Origin: an uncultured Deinococcales bacterium
GTDB taxonomy: Bacteria; Deinococcota; Deinococci; Deinococcales; JAAFIG01
DNA: 15,760 bases
NCBI GenBank assembly: GCA_964244895.1
Contig: CAXTKV010000123.1
Span: 1-15,760 of the forward strand
Direction: 5' to 3'
A program made the translations under genes and the position numbers. The notes below the pieces were generated by a model. The model did no database searches, was not told where the DNA came from, and saw nothing but the letters and a program-made list of their open reading frames with translations. This document shows positions 1 to 7,372 of the stretch, piece after piece; within the stretch, counting starts at the first letter, position 1, and each line of letters opens with the position of its first letter.

Positions 1-1879
1 CTACCGCCACGGCCCGGAGCTGAGCGCCTTTTACAGCGCGGTGGCGGCGCGGCTTTTTCCCGAATTCAGCGAACTCGGGCTGCCCGCAGAAGTCCGTCCG
101 GGGCGAGAATCCAGCGCGAATTCCGGGGCGGAACCCGGCGCACCCCGCGCGGAATTGCACGTTTTTCAGGGCGCGAGCCTCGAGATCGCGCGGCGCAACG
201 AGGCGCGGTTCCTGGCGGATCGCTTGCTGGGGTTGCACGAATCGGGCACGCCGTGGTCGGAGATGGCCGTGCTGGTGCGGTCGCGCACCGCTTTGCCCCC
301 GTTGGAAGCTGCATTGGCCGCGCTGGGCATTCCCGCGCTGGCGGTTTCCGGCCAGAAATACTACGACCGCCGCGAGATCCGCGATGCCGCCACCTTGTTG
401 CGCGCCCGCTTGACGCCCGACGCGCCGCACGTGCTGGCGGCCCTCGCGCGCTTGCCGGGGATCGACCTGGAAACGGATGTCCTCGAGAAGATGCTCGAGG
501 ACATCGAAGGCTTCACCGTCGCGCTCGAGCGATCCCGCGCCGCCGCCGCGCGGCGATTGCGCGAACTCCTGGAACGCATCCGCCGCGCCGGAGACGCGAT
601 CGATTTGTTGTCGGACGCATGGAGCTTCCTGGGGCCAGCCAGTTTCACGCGCGACCGACAGGCCGTGGCCAACCTGGACGGGTTGCTCTACCAACTGGCT
701 GCTCGGGGTTTGCGCGACCCGCGCACCGCGCTGACCTTCCTGGAACGCGCCCGACTCTCGGAGGCCGAAGGCGACGAACCCCTGGAGGCGGGCGACAGCG
801 TGCGCCTGCTGACCGTCCATGCCTCGAAGGGGCTCGAGTTCGGCGCGGTCGCGGTCTTCGACCTCGCGCGCGGCGAGCGCAACCAGACCGATGAAATCAG
901 CGTCCATCCGGACGGCGAAGTCGCGCTCAAAGGATCGGGCCACGCCGCCCGGATCGCGGCGCACTGGGACGCGCGGCGCGACGGCGAATCGAACCGATTG
1001 TTGTACGTCGCGTTGACGCGCGCCAGGGATCACTTGATTTTGACGGGCTCGATGACCAAAACGCCGCGCGCCTGGTTGGAAATTCTGCTGGCGCAACTCA
1101 GGTTGGGCAACGAAGACCACGGCATTCCTGGCATCCGCGTGACCGCGCACGCCGCCACTGAAGACGTGCTGCCCGCGCTCTTGGAAGCGCCCGCGCCCGC
1201 ACCGCGCTTCACCGTGGACGCGACCCTGGCTCGCGCCCGATTCCCCAGACCCAGACGCCGCGTGCGCGCCCCGACCCGGTCTCAGGAAACGACTGACGCT
1301 GACGGTGAACTCGATCCCGACGAAGTCCTGGACGGACTGCCCGATCTGGGCGAGGCGCTGGCCTTACCGCAAGCGGAACGCGTCATCGGCACGCTGACCC
1401 ACTACGCCATCAGCGAGGGACTGGACGCGACCAACCCGACGCACCGCAGCGTCCTGAGCGCGCAGTACGTGCTGCACCCGTTCCCCGAGCGTGAACGCGA
1501 AGCCATGCTGGAACGGTCGTGGGCACTCAAGGCTGTCCACGACAGGTTGTACCCCGATATCGGTGCACGTTTGGAGGATCGCGCGGAGTTGCCGTTCGCG
1601 TTTTCGCGGGACGGCGTAACCTGGCAGGGCGTGATCGACCGGTTGTACCGCGAACCGTCCGGGGCGTGGGTGCTGGAGGATTACAAGACCGACGACGTGC
1701 CGTTGGATGCCGTTTCCGAACGCGCCGCGACCTACCACCGCCAGCTCGCGCTGTACCGCGAGGCGATCAGGCTGGCGCGCCCGGAACTCGAGCCGGAAAT
1801 CCGGTTGACGTTCCTTCGGCACGGCATCGTGTTGAAGCTCGAGACGAGCGATCTGGATGCGGCCATGCAGAGCCTGTGA
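1..1879 (+). CDS. AddA/UvrD-family ATP-dependent helicase with C-terminal RecB-like PD-(D/E)XK nuclease (5'-truncated by window edge)
   Basis: The frame is open from base 2 (YRHGPELSAF, resembling the NYRS motif IV region). SF1 motifs AVLVRSR, LLTVHASKGLEF and ESNRLLYVALTRARDHL are present. Nuclease motifs GTLTH, QGVIDRLY, VLEDYKTD and QLALY follow. Stop TGA at 1877-1879. Confidence 0.9.
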   Translation, partial: YRHGPELSAFYSAVAARLFPEFSELGLPAEVRPGRESSANSGAEPGAPRAELHVFQGASLEIARRNEARFLADRLLGLHESGTPWSEMAVLVRSRTALPPLEAALAALGIPALAVSGQKYYDRREIRDAATLLRARLTPDAPHVLAALARLPGIDLETDVLEKMLEDIEGFTVALERSRAAAARRLRELLERIRRAGDAIDLLSDAWSFLGPASFTRDRQAVANLDGLLYQLAARGLRDPRTALTFLERARLSEAEGDEPLEAGDSVRLLTVHASKGLEFGAVAVFDLARGERNQTDEISVHPDGEVALKGSGHAARIAAHWDARRDGESNRLLYVALTRARDHLILTGSMTKTPRAWLEILLAQLRLGNEDHGIPGIRVTAHAATEDVLPALLEAPAPAPRFTVDATLARARFPRPRRRVRAPTRSQETTDADGELDPDEVLDGLPDLGEALALPQAERVIGTLTHYAISEGLDATNPTHRSVLSAQYVLHPFPEREREAMLERSWALKAVHDRLYPDIGARLEDRAELPFAFSRDGVTWQGVIDRLYREPSGAWVLEDYKTDDVPLDAVSERAATYHRQLALYREAIRLARPELEPEIRLTFLRHGIVLKLETSDLDAAMQSL

Positions 1880-1900
1880 AGCTGTGCGCGTGAACTCGAC

Positions 1901-1946
1901 AACACCGTCCAGCACGCGTTTTGAGATATGCGTGCTGGACGGTGTT
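1901..1946. repeat. REP-like inverted doublet (perfect 17-bp arms), probably also a bidirectional terminator
   Basis: AACACCGTCCAGCACGC (1901-1917) and GCGTGCTGGACGGTGTT (1930-1946) are exact reverse complements. The element lies between convergent genes and has homologous copies elsewhere in the window. Confidence 0.85.
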
Positions 1947-1979
1947 CTCTAGGGTGAATGTTTCTCGAGCTTGAGAATT

Positions 1980-2357
1980 TTAGTGGATGGTGAACGCCAC
2001 CAAGCTGTTCAGCACGCCAACAAACGCCGCCCCGTAAATTAATCCTCGAGACAAACCGGAGTTGAAGTTGCACGCGGTGCGATGACGCAATAACCAATGC
2101 AGACCCGCGTGGACGATCAGGAACGCGCTGGTGAGGGCTCGAGACCAGAATTGCAGTTCGCCTGGTGCTTGTGTGACGACGAGCAGGATCAAGAACAGCG
2201 GAACGTGAACGGCGATGAAGGCTCGAGCCGCAATGTCCTCGGGCATGTGGCGCAGCACGAACAGCAACCGCCATTCGTGCTGGCGCACCGCATCGAGTTC
2301 GTGCGTGAACAACAGCGCGAGTCCGAGATTGAACAGCAGGTTTTCGGGCGCGGTCAT
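1980..2357 (-). CDS. DUF6713-like small membrane protein
   Basis: Hydrophobic 125-aa ORF with a THELDA..EWRLL motif plus HVP and HAGLH motifs. ATG 2357 is chosen because the upstream ORF-track extension overlaps the preceding gene. Confidence 0.75.
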   Translation of the reverse strand: MTAPENLLFNLGLALLFTHELDAVRQHEWRLLFVLRHMPEDIAARAFIAVHVPLFLILLVVTQAPGELQFWSRALTSAFLIVHAGLHWLLRHRTACNFNSGLSRGLIYGAAFVGVLNSLVAFTIH

Positions 2358-2388
2358 CGCGCGACTTTCGGCAGGTTCGAGCCTCGGT

Positions 2389-2808
2389 TCAGGCCGTCCT
2401 GGATTTCCCCAGCGGTCCAAGGAAGGCTGACGTGATACCGACGAAGTAAATCCAAAGCAGGTGCGCCCCGAAGATGTACGCGACGCTGGGGTTCATGTTG
2501 GGATAGACGCTCCCGAAAAAGCCGACGGTGAACGTGTCCATCAGCATTCCGGGTGCGACGATGCAGACGGCGAAGGTCACGCCCTCGTATCGGCTGAGGT
2601 TTTGCGATGTGATGTATGCGCGAATGCACCAGGCCGTGATGGGCGTGAGAAAGAGCGCGAACGCCACCGATATCAGGGCCGCGTCAGGGGCGAAGAACCA
2701 ATGTCCGATCAGCCGAAAGCCGAGCGTTCCCAGCATCCAGACCACGAAGCCGACGCCGAACCACCTGCTGATCCTGGAACCGCCCGAATGGTGCTGTACT
2801 GCGTTCAT
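2389..2808 (-). CDS. DUF5367-like 4-TM membrane protein
   Basis: GFVVWMLGTLGFRLIGHWFF...PGMLMD...FGAHLLWIY pattern. GAGGAGG RBS precedes ATG 2808, which overlaps the TetR stop (ATGA). Confidence 0.75.
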   Translation of the reverse strand: MNAVQHHSGGSRISRWFGVGFVVWMLGTLGFRLIGHWFFAPDAALISVAFALFLTPITAWCIRAYITSQNLSRYEGVTFAVCIVAPGMLMDTFTVGFFGSVYPNMNPSVAYIFGAHLLWIYFVGITSAFLGPLGKSRTA

Positions 2809-3392
2809 GCTTGCCTCCTCGATGCTTCGAGTTCCGCCCGAAGCCAGCGCGAGAATTGCTTGAATGCCGAATCGAGGGTTTTGTCCTGATTTGATGTCAG
2901 GCGCATCAATAAAAGCCCGTAGAAGGTCGAGACGATCAGCACCGAGAGCGTTCTGGATTTCGTTCTCGGCAGGCCGTAGGTTTTGAGCGCGGCCTCGAGT
3001 TGCGCCGTCCACGGTTCGACCAGGCTCGAGAGGAAGGATTCAAACCCTTCCGGGCGCACCAGCGCCTGCCCCCAGACCTCGAACGAGAGGCGTTCGACGT
3101 GATCTACTTGACCGCTGGTCAGGATTTTCCAGAAGCGCTCGAGCCCAGCCGCGGGATCGCCATCGTTGGATTGCGCCGCCAGCAGTGCGACGTACTGGTG
3201 TTCTATGGCGGTCAGGATTTCGGCCAGCAGGGCTTCCTTGCTGCCAAAGTGGTGAATCAGCATCCGGGCGCTGGTGCCGATGGCTTCGGCCAGGGCACGC
3301 AGTGACAGGTCGGACAGGCCACGCTCGAGGACGTGAGCGACGGCTTTCTCGAGCAGCAGCGCCCGGATTTCGGGGTCTTTCGATTTGGTCAC
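2805..3392 (-). CDS. TetR/AcrR family transcriptional regulator
   Basis: N-terminal HTH (GLSDLSLRALAEAIGTSARMLIHHFGSKEALL), 195 aa, GTG start. Confidence 0.93.
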   Translation of the reverse strand: MTKSKDPEIRALLLEKAVAHVLERGLSDLSLRALAEAIGTSARMLIHHFGSKEALLAEILTAIEHQYVALLAAQSNDGDPAAGLERFWKILTSGQVDHVERLSFEVWGQALVRPEGFESFLSSLVEPWTAQLEAALKTYGLPRTKSRTLSVLIVSTFYGLLLMRLTSNQDKTLDSAFKQFSRWLRAELEASRRQA

Positions 3393-3427
3393 GTAACGAG
3401 TGTTACATGTAATACTCGTTACGTCAA
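3391..3427 (-). promoter_or_regulatory. Putative TetR autoregulatory double operator overlapping a leaderless promoter
   Basis: 34-bp palindrome ACGTAACGAGTGTTACATGTAATACTCGTTACGT (3391-3424, one mismatched pair), made of two GTAAY-N4-GTTAC units. Minus strand reads TTGACG (3427-3422), 17 bp, AACACT (3404-3399), 6 nt, GTG. Confidence 0.75.
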
Positions 3428-3462
3428 CTGCTCGAGCCTCGGATCGATACCTCGGTGATATT

Positions 3463-3606
3463 AGACCTGCTGCGAAAGGGGTCGAACGCGTCTCGAGGGC
3501 AGGGTAACCACGAGGGTTACCCCTATAAAAGCCTGTTCTGTAGGGGCAACCTTGATGGTTGCCCTCGCGTCAACGCGTTCTGGGGACTGACTTTCGCAAG
3601 AGGTTC
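3463..3606. mobile_element. MITE-like non-autonomous element with imperfect terminal inverted repeats
   Basis: Left end AGACCTGCTGCGAAAG (3463-3478); reverse complement of the right end GAACCTCTTGCGAAAG (3591-3606). Internal inverted pairs GAACGCGT/ACGCGTTC. No coding capacity. Confidence 0.55.
3502..3564. repeat. Inverted pair of GTAG-type REP palindromes (REPIN-like)
   Basis: GTAGGGGCAACCTTGATGGTTGCCC on + (3540-3564) and ATAGGGGTAACCCTCGTGGTTACCC on - (3526-3502). Each is a tetranucleotide tag followed by a GGGYAACC/GGTTRCCC hairpin. Confidence 0.75.
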
Positions 3607-3644
3607 ATTGACGATTCGCGGATGAAAGCCAGCCTGAGCGTTCA

Positions 3645-3669
3645 AAAACACCGTCTAAAACAGTGTTTT
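3645..3669. repeat. Single unit of the ACACCGT-N5-AC(G/A) repeat family
   Basis: AAAACACCGTCTAAAACAGTGTTTT is an imperfect palindrome matching the units at 1901, 6006 and 11682. Confidence 0.6.
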
Positions 3670-3695
3670 CAAGGTGACGCCAGTGGCGGTGTCGT

Positions 3696-3725
3696 TCGGG
3701 GCAAACTCGAAACGTCTCGCCCCGA
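3696..3725 (-). terminator. GC-rich hairpin directly after the stop of the 3728-4297 gene (possible terminator)
   Basis: On the minus strand TCGGGGC...GCCCCGA forms a stem starting 3 nt after TGA. There is no U-tract. Confidence 0.4.
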
Positions 3726-3727
3726 CC

Positions 3728-4297
3728 TCAGGCGCTGATTGGGGACGGATTCGCTCGCGCGATCATCGCCGCCAGCGCCGAAGCGGACAGGTGCGACAGC
3801 GCGACGATTGCCGCCAGCCCCGCCAGCCCGAAACGCGATTGCTGCGCCTGAAAAATTGCGTCCCGAATGTCGAAGGCCGCGAACAGCAAACCGAAGGCGA
3901 CGATCCCGAGCATCAAGGCTCGAGCCCGCGATTGCGACGCACCCAGTGCGAGCGCGAATGACGCGGCCATCGCCGCGAGGACGGAACCATCCGATTCGGG
4001 ATTGATGCCCAGAATTCGTTGCTCGCCCGCTTCCACGTGGGTCGCGGCTGATTGAATCGAGGCCGGTGGGTCTGCGCTCGAACCCTCGCCCAATTCGGTG
4101 CTTGTTTGCGCCGCCGTCTCCCCGCCCGAGCCCTCCGCCGCTTCGGAAGGCGTTTTGGTGGACGCCTGAAGCGCCGTCTCGGTATGCGATCCACCCGCGA
4201 CGGAGCGCTCGAGCAGAATGCCCAGCCCGAAGGTCAGCGTCGAGCCGACGATCAGCCCGACGAGAATCGGTTGGCGCGCATTTGAAAACTGGGACAT
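3728..4297 (-). CDS. Uncharacterised membrane protein (1 TM, low-complexity acidic linker, 3 TM), probable MerR target
   Basis: 189-aa ORF with hydrophobic segments, an S/T/A/E/G-rich loop, an LGINPES segment, and Asp/His in or next to TM segments. A MerR-type promoter lies 6 nt before the ATG. Confidence 0.75.
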   Translation of the reverse strand: MSQFSNARQPILVGLIVGSTLTFGLGILLERSVAGGSHTETALQASTKTPSEAAEGSGGETAAQTSTELGEGSSADPPASIQSAATHVEAGEQRILGINPESDGSVLAAMAASFALALGASQSRARALMLGIVAFGLLFAAFDIRDAIFQAQQSRFGLAGLAAIVALSHLSASALAAMIARANPSPISA

Positions 4298-4303
4298 GCG
4301 CGG

Positions 4304-4335
4304 AGTCTAGGGCCTCCCGTATACGGGAGAGTCAA
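4304..4335 (-). promoter_or_regulatory. MerR-type promoter/operator
   Basis: Minus strand reads TTGACT (4335-4330), 20-bp spacer, TAGACT (4309-4304), 6 nt, ATG. The spacer holds the perfect palindrome CTCCCGTATACGGGAG (4314-4329). Confidence 0.88.
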
Positions 4336-4337
4336 GC

Positions 4338-4841
4338 TTAGGATAACGTCAATGATTCGTCCGACACGAGATAACGGCATCCTTTAGCGCCATCGCAATC
4401 GGGTTCGGGGTTCGCATCGGCCCACCCGAGGCGCTCGACGAGTTCAATCTCGAACGCCCGGAGCGCCACCATTTTTGCGCGCACGCGCTCGAGTTGAAGC
4501 GCGATCTGGCCGCGCACCAGACCGCAATCCCGGTCGGGGGAATCACCGCAGGCGCGCAACAACGCCTCGATCTCCTCGAGCTTGAAGCCCATCGCCTGCG
4601 CCCTGCGGATCGTCGGGATGCGGTCTTTGAGGCTGGGATGGTAGTACCTGTAGCGGTTTTCGTCGCGTTGATCGGGCAGCAAGCCGATATCCGTCCAGTA
4701 GCGCAGCGTCTTGACCGTCTGCCCGGTTGCGGCGGCGAGCTGACCGATGGACCAACGCTCGAGCTTGTGAACCTCGCGTACCGGGCTCGAGCACGGCGGT
4801 AACGATGAGAACAGCTTCTCGACGGAGGTGATCCGATTCAT
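4338..4841 (-). CDS. MerR-family heavy-metal-responsive regulator (CadR/PbrR/ZntR-like)
   Basis: SIGQLAAATGQTVKTLRYW...GLL...ENRYRYY...IRRAQAMGFKLEEI. A Cys precedes the dimerisation helix (DRDCGLV) and a C-terminal C-x5-C loop follows. ATG 4841 has a G-rich RBS; the exact start is uncertain. Confidence 0.9.
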   Translation of the reverse strand: MNRITSVEKLFSSLPPCSSPVREVHKLERWSIGQLAAATGQTVKTLRYWTDIGLLPDQRDENRYRYYHPSLKDRIPTIRRAQAMGFKLEEIEALLRACGDSPDRDCGLVRGQIALQLERVRAKMVALRAFEIELVERLGWADANPEPDCDGAKGCRYLVSDESLTLS

Positions 4842-4960
4842 GAAACCCCCTGTGTTCGACGGTTTTTGATGTACGGTTCGTCGGTCGACACCTTCAAGAT
4901 ACGCGAGCGAACCCCATCGGGCTCGATGCTCGAGATTGAACCTCGGGCTCAAAATCGAAC

Positions 4961-5004
4961 AGACCGTTCGGGACGCGAAGGTTGAATCGCGTCCCGGACG
5001 GCCT
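4961..5004. repeat. REP-like inverted doublet, just downstream of the PIG-L gene
   Basis: AGACCGTTCGGGACGCGA / TCGCGTCCCGGACGGCCT, 16 of 18 Watson-Crick pairs. Same 44-bp span as the cores at 1902-1945 and 6007-6050. Confidence 0.75.
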
Positions 5005-5017
5005 TCTCACGGGAGCT

Positions 5018-5851
5018 TCAATCCTCGAGCTGCGAGAACCCATCCAACCCGTCATAAAACCCGCGCAACGGCCAGTGCGGGATCGGGCCGCGCGTGCCAC
5101 CCAGAGAAAAACTCTCCCAGCTTGAACGCTCGCGCATTTTTTCTTGCCACTCGGGCGGCATCTGACCCATCCTCGAATTTGGTCCGGTCTGCGATCCGTG
5201 AAAACGGATCGCGGCCAGCTTCTTTTCCAGTTGCGCTTCGACGTTGCGCTTGACGGCGATGGTCGGGGCGGACACGCCGTACACTTCCGGCGTCATGCCC
5301 GGCGTCATCGGGCCGCCCGGCATGTCGATCCAGGTGCGCATGGTTTCCACGGGCATGGCCGTGTAGAACAACCGCTCCGGTGCGCCATCCAGGTGTCCGC
5401 TCGAGAACCAGGCCGCCAAGGTCGCCTGGTGAATCACGATGTGATCCGGGTGGTCGTAACCGCCGTGCGGATCGAAGGTCAGCACGACCTGCGGCTCGAC
5501 CCGCTCGATCACGTCGCGCACTTTCGCCTCGATCTCGCGCGGGTCGGCGTTGATGCTGGCCAAGGGGTCGTCCTTGCGCAAGCGCTCCAGGCGGCCCGAA
5601 TCGCGGTAGCCCAGAAAAATCGGGGCTTCGATGCCCAGGGCCTTACACGCATCACGCAGTTCCTGCTCGCGGTGCTTGCCCAGATCCTCGATGGTCAGGT
5701 TCGGATCGGTGATCTTACCCGCCTCGCCGCGCGTGCTGCAGGCCAGCGTGACCTTGACACCCCGTTCCGCGTAGCGCGCGAGGGTGCCGCCCGAACTGAA
5801 CGCTTCGTCGTCGGGGTGCGCAAAAACCGCCAGCAGTGAAGGAGTGGTCAT
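5018..5851 (-). CDS. PIG-L/LmbE family deacetylase (MshB/BshB/Mca-like)
   Basis: AHPDDE, TRGEAG, REQEL and DPHGGYDHPDH zinc-deacetylase motifs. TATGCT lies 7 nt before ATG 5851, favouring that start over 5863. Confidence 0.92.
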   Translation of the reverse strand: MTTPSLLAVFAHPDDEAFSSGGTLARYAERGVKVTLACSTRGEAGKITDPNLTIEDLGKHREQELRDACKALGIEAPIFLGYRDSGRLERLRKDDPLASINADPREIEAKVRDVIERVEPQVVLTFDPHGGYDHPDHIVIHQATLAAWFSSGHLDGAPERLFYTAMPVETMRTWIDMPGGPMTPGMTPEVYGVSAPTIAVKRNVEAQLEKKLAAIRFHGSQTGPNSRMGQMPPEWQEKMRERSSWESFSLGGTRGPIPHWPLRGFYDGLDGFSQLED

Positions 5852-6005
5852 TGCTCGGAGCATACGCCCGCTGCGTCACCGCATCCGTCAGGTTCGAGAC
5901 GTTGTTGTCTGGAATCCGAGGGGATTCGCTCGAGCCGCGAGCCTGCAGCTCGAGCGCGAACTCGGCCCGCTGAGGGTTCGTTGGACAATTGGAGACTACG
6001 GTAAA

Positions 6006-6051
6006 AACACTGTTCAGTACGCGCGCTGAGTATCGTGTGCCGGACAGTGTT
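6006..6051. repeat. REP-like inverted doublet between divergent genes
   Basis: AACACTGTTCAGTACGCG-N10-CGTGTGCCGGACAGTGTT aligns end to end (46 bp) with 1901-1946 and shows a compensatory C:G to T:A change. Confidence 0.75.
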
Positions 6052-6174
6052 GACCAACGCAAAGCACCGAGTGAAGCTCCGTCGAGGCCGCGCTGATTCG
6101 AGGAGCGAAGGCTCGAGGTCGATTCCATCGGCGATTTTAGAGAGCGTAAACAATGAAGATATAATTTATGTCTC

Positions 6175-7299
6175 ATGGGTCAGATCGTCTCCGTTCAGGT
6201 GCTCCGGCTGTTGGCGGCGCTGGCAGTCGTCTTCCTTCACGTCTCGCACGACGCGCAAACCATCGCAGAGCGCACGGGCTCGGGCTTCGTTCCAACCTGG
6301 GGACCGTTCGATGTCGGGGTGGATCTGTTTTTCGTGATCTCAGGTTTCGTGATGGTCGTCTCCTCGAGCCGTCTGTTCGGGCAGGACGGCGCAGCCAGAC
6401 TGTTTTTCGCTCGGCGTTTCGCGCGGATCGTGCCGATCTACTGGGCCACGACCAGCCTCTACGTGATTCTGGCGCTGTTCGTGCCCGCTTTGTTGAACGC
6501 CAACCGCATCGGGGGGCTCGAGATCATCGAGTCGTACCTGTTCGTGCCGTTCGCGCAGGCGGACGGTTCGATCGTTCCGGTCTTCAAGCAAGGCTGGACG
6601 CTGAATTACGAGATGCTGTTTTACCTGGTTTTCGCGCTGATGCTCGGGCGTTTTCGGAGCGCCAGACGGGTCGTGGTGGGCATCACGGTGGTGTTCGCGG
6701 TGCTGGCCGTGGTCGGCTGGTTCGCGCGCTTCTCGCCGGGACCGTTTCAATTCTGGACCAGCACCATGCCGCTCGAATTCGTGGCGGGATGCTGGATCGG
6801 GTTGTCGTTCGTGGGTGGCCTGCGCTTGCCGTGGGGCATCGGCGCATTGAGCGCGGCGGCTGGCATCGGGCTGGCGGTGCTACCGATGCTCTTCGGCCTG
6901 CACTACGAGCCGACCAACACCTTTCTTCGCGCCTTCGTCTGGGGTGTGCCCGCCGCGCTGATCCTGCTCGGTGGGGCGCTCGGCTTCCCTCAAAAGCAGA
7001 GCCGTTCGCGCCTGACGCGCGCCCTGGTCGGGCTCGGGGATGCGTCCTACGCGCTTTACATTTGCCATCCGTTCATCGTCAGGTTGTTTCGGGAAGTCTG
7101 GATTCGGCTCGGGCTGGCGTCCAGGTTCGACGAATGGGTGTACATCCTGAACGCCACGGTCGTGTCCGTCCTGGCCGCGATGCTGATTCACCGTTTTTTC
7201 GAGCGACCCCTGACGCGCTGGGTTCAGCGGCGCCTCGGTGTGGAGCGTTCGCCATCCTCGACCCCGATCAGCGCGGTACGCTCGATCCCACCGATCTAG
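6175..7299 (+). CDS. Acyltransferase family 3 (OafA/ExoZ-like) membrane O-acyltransferase
   Basis: SVQVLRLLAALAVVFLH, GVDLFFVISGFVM, RRFARIVPIYW, GWTLNYEMLFY, LGDASYALYICH and FERP motifs; multi-TM. TATAAT at 6160-6165. Confidence 0.93.
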   Translation: MGQIVSVQVLRLLAALAVVFLHVSHDAQTIAERTGSGFVPTWGPFDVGVDLFFVISGFVMVVSSSRLFGQDGAARLFFARRFARIVPIYWATTSLYVILALFVPALLNANRIGGLEIIESYLFVPFAQADGSIVPVFKQGWTLNYEMLFYLVFALMLGRFRSARRVVVGITVVFAVLAVVGWFARFSPGPFQFWTSTMPLEFVAGCWIGLSFVGGLRLPWGIGALSAAAGIGLAVLPMLFGLHYEPTNTFLRAFVWGVPAALILLGGALGFPQKQSRSRLTRALVGLGDASYALYICHPFIVRLFREVWIRLGLASRFDEWVYILNATVVSVLAAMLIHRFFERPLTRWVQRRLGVERSPSSTPISAVRSIPPI

Positions 7300-7313
7300 A
7301 CGGACTGCTCTAA

Positions 7314-7333
7314 AGCGCGTCCAGAACGGTGTT
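7314..7333. repeat. Single unit of the ACACCGT-N5-ACG repeat family (reverse orientation)
   Basis: AGCGCGTCCAGAACGGTGTT, located between convergent genes. Confidence 0.6.
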
Positions 7334-7372
7334 GATGAAGCGCGAGCCGCGGCGAGTTCGACCCGCGACCGA

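Noticed and set aside
2809..3012. ORF-track N-terminal extensions (also 2358-2420, 4842-4952, 13331-13393, 14972-15016)
   Set aside because: They overlap neighbouring genes or intergenic DNA; downstream starts have an RBS or translational coupling, or avoid overlapping the neighbouring gene.
3391..3424. Palindrome as a Deinococcus radiation/desiccation response motif (DdrO site)
   Set aside because: Its structure is two GTAAY-N4-GTTAC units directly over a tetR start, which fits TetR autoregulation better than the 17-bp RDRM.
6168..7313. 381-aa ORF overlapping the acyltransferase in another frame
   Set aside because: Arg/Gly-rich shadow frame typical of GC-rich DNA; the 6175 frame carries all the family motifs.
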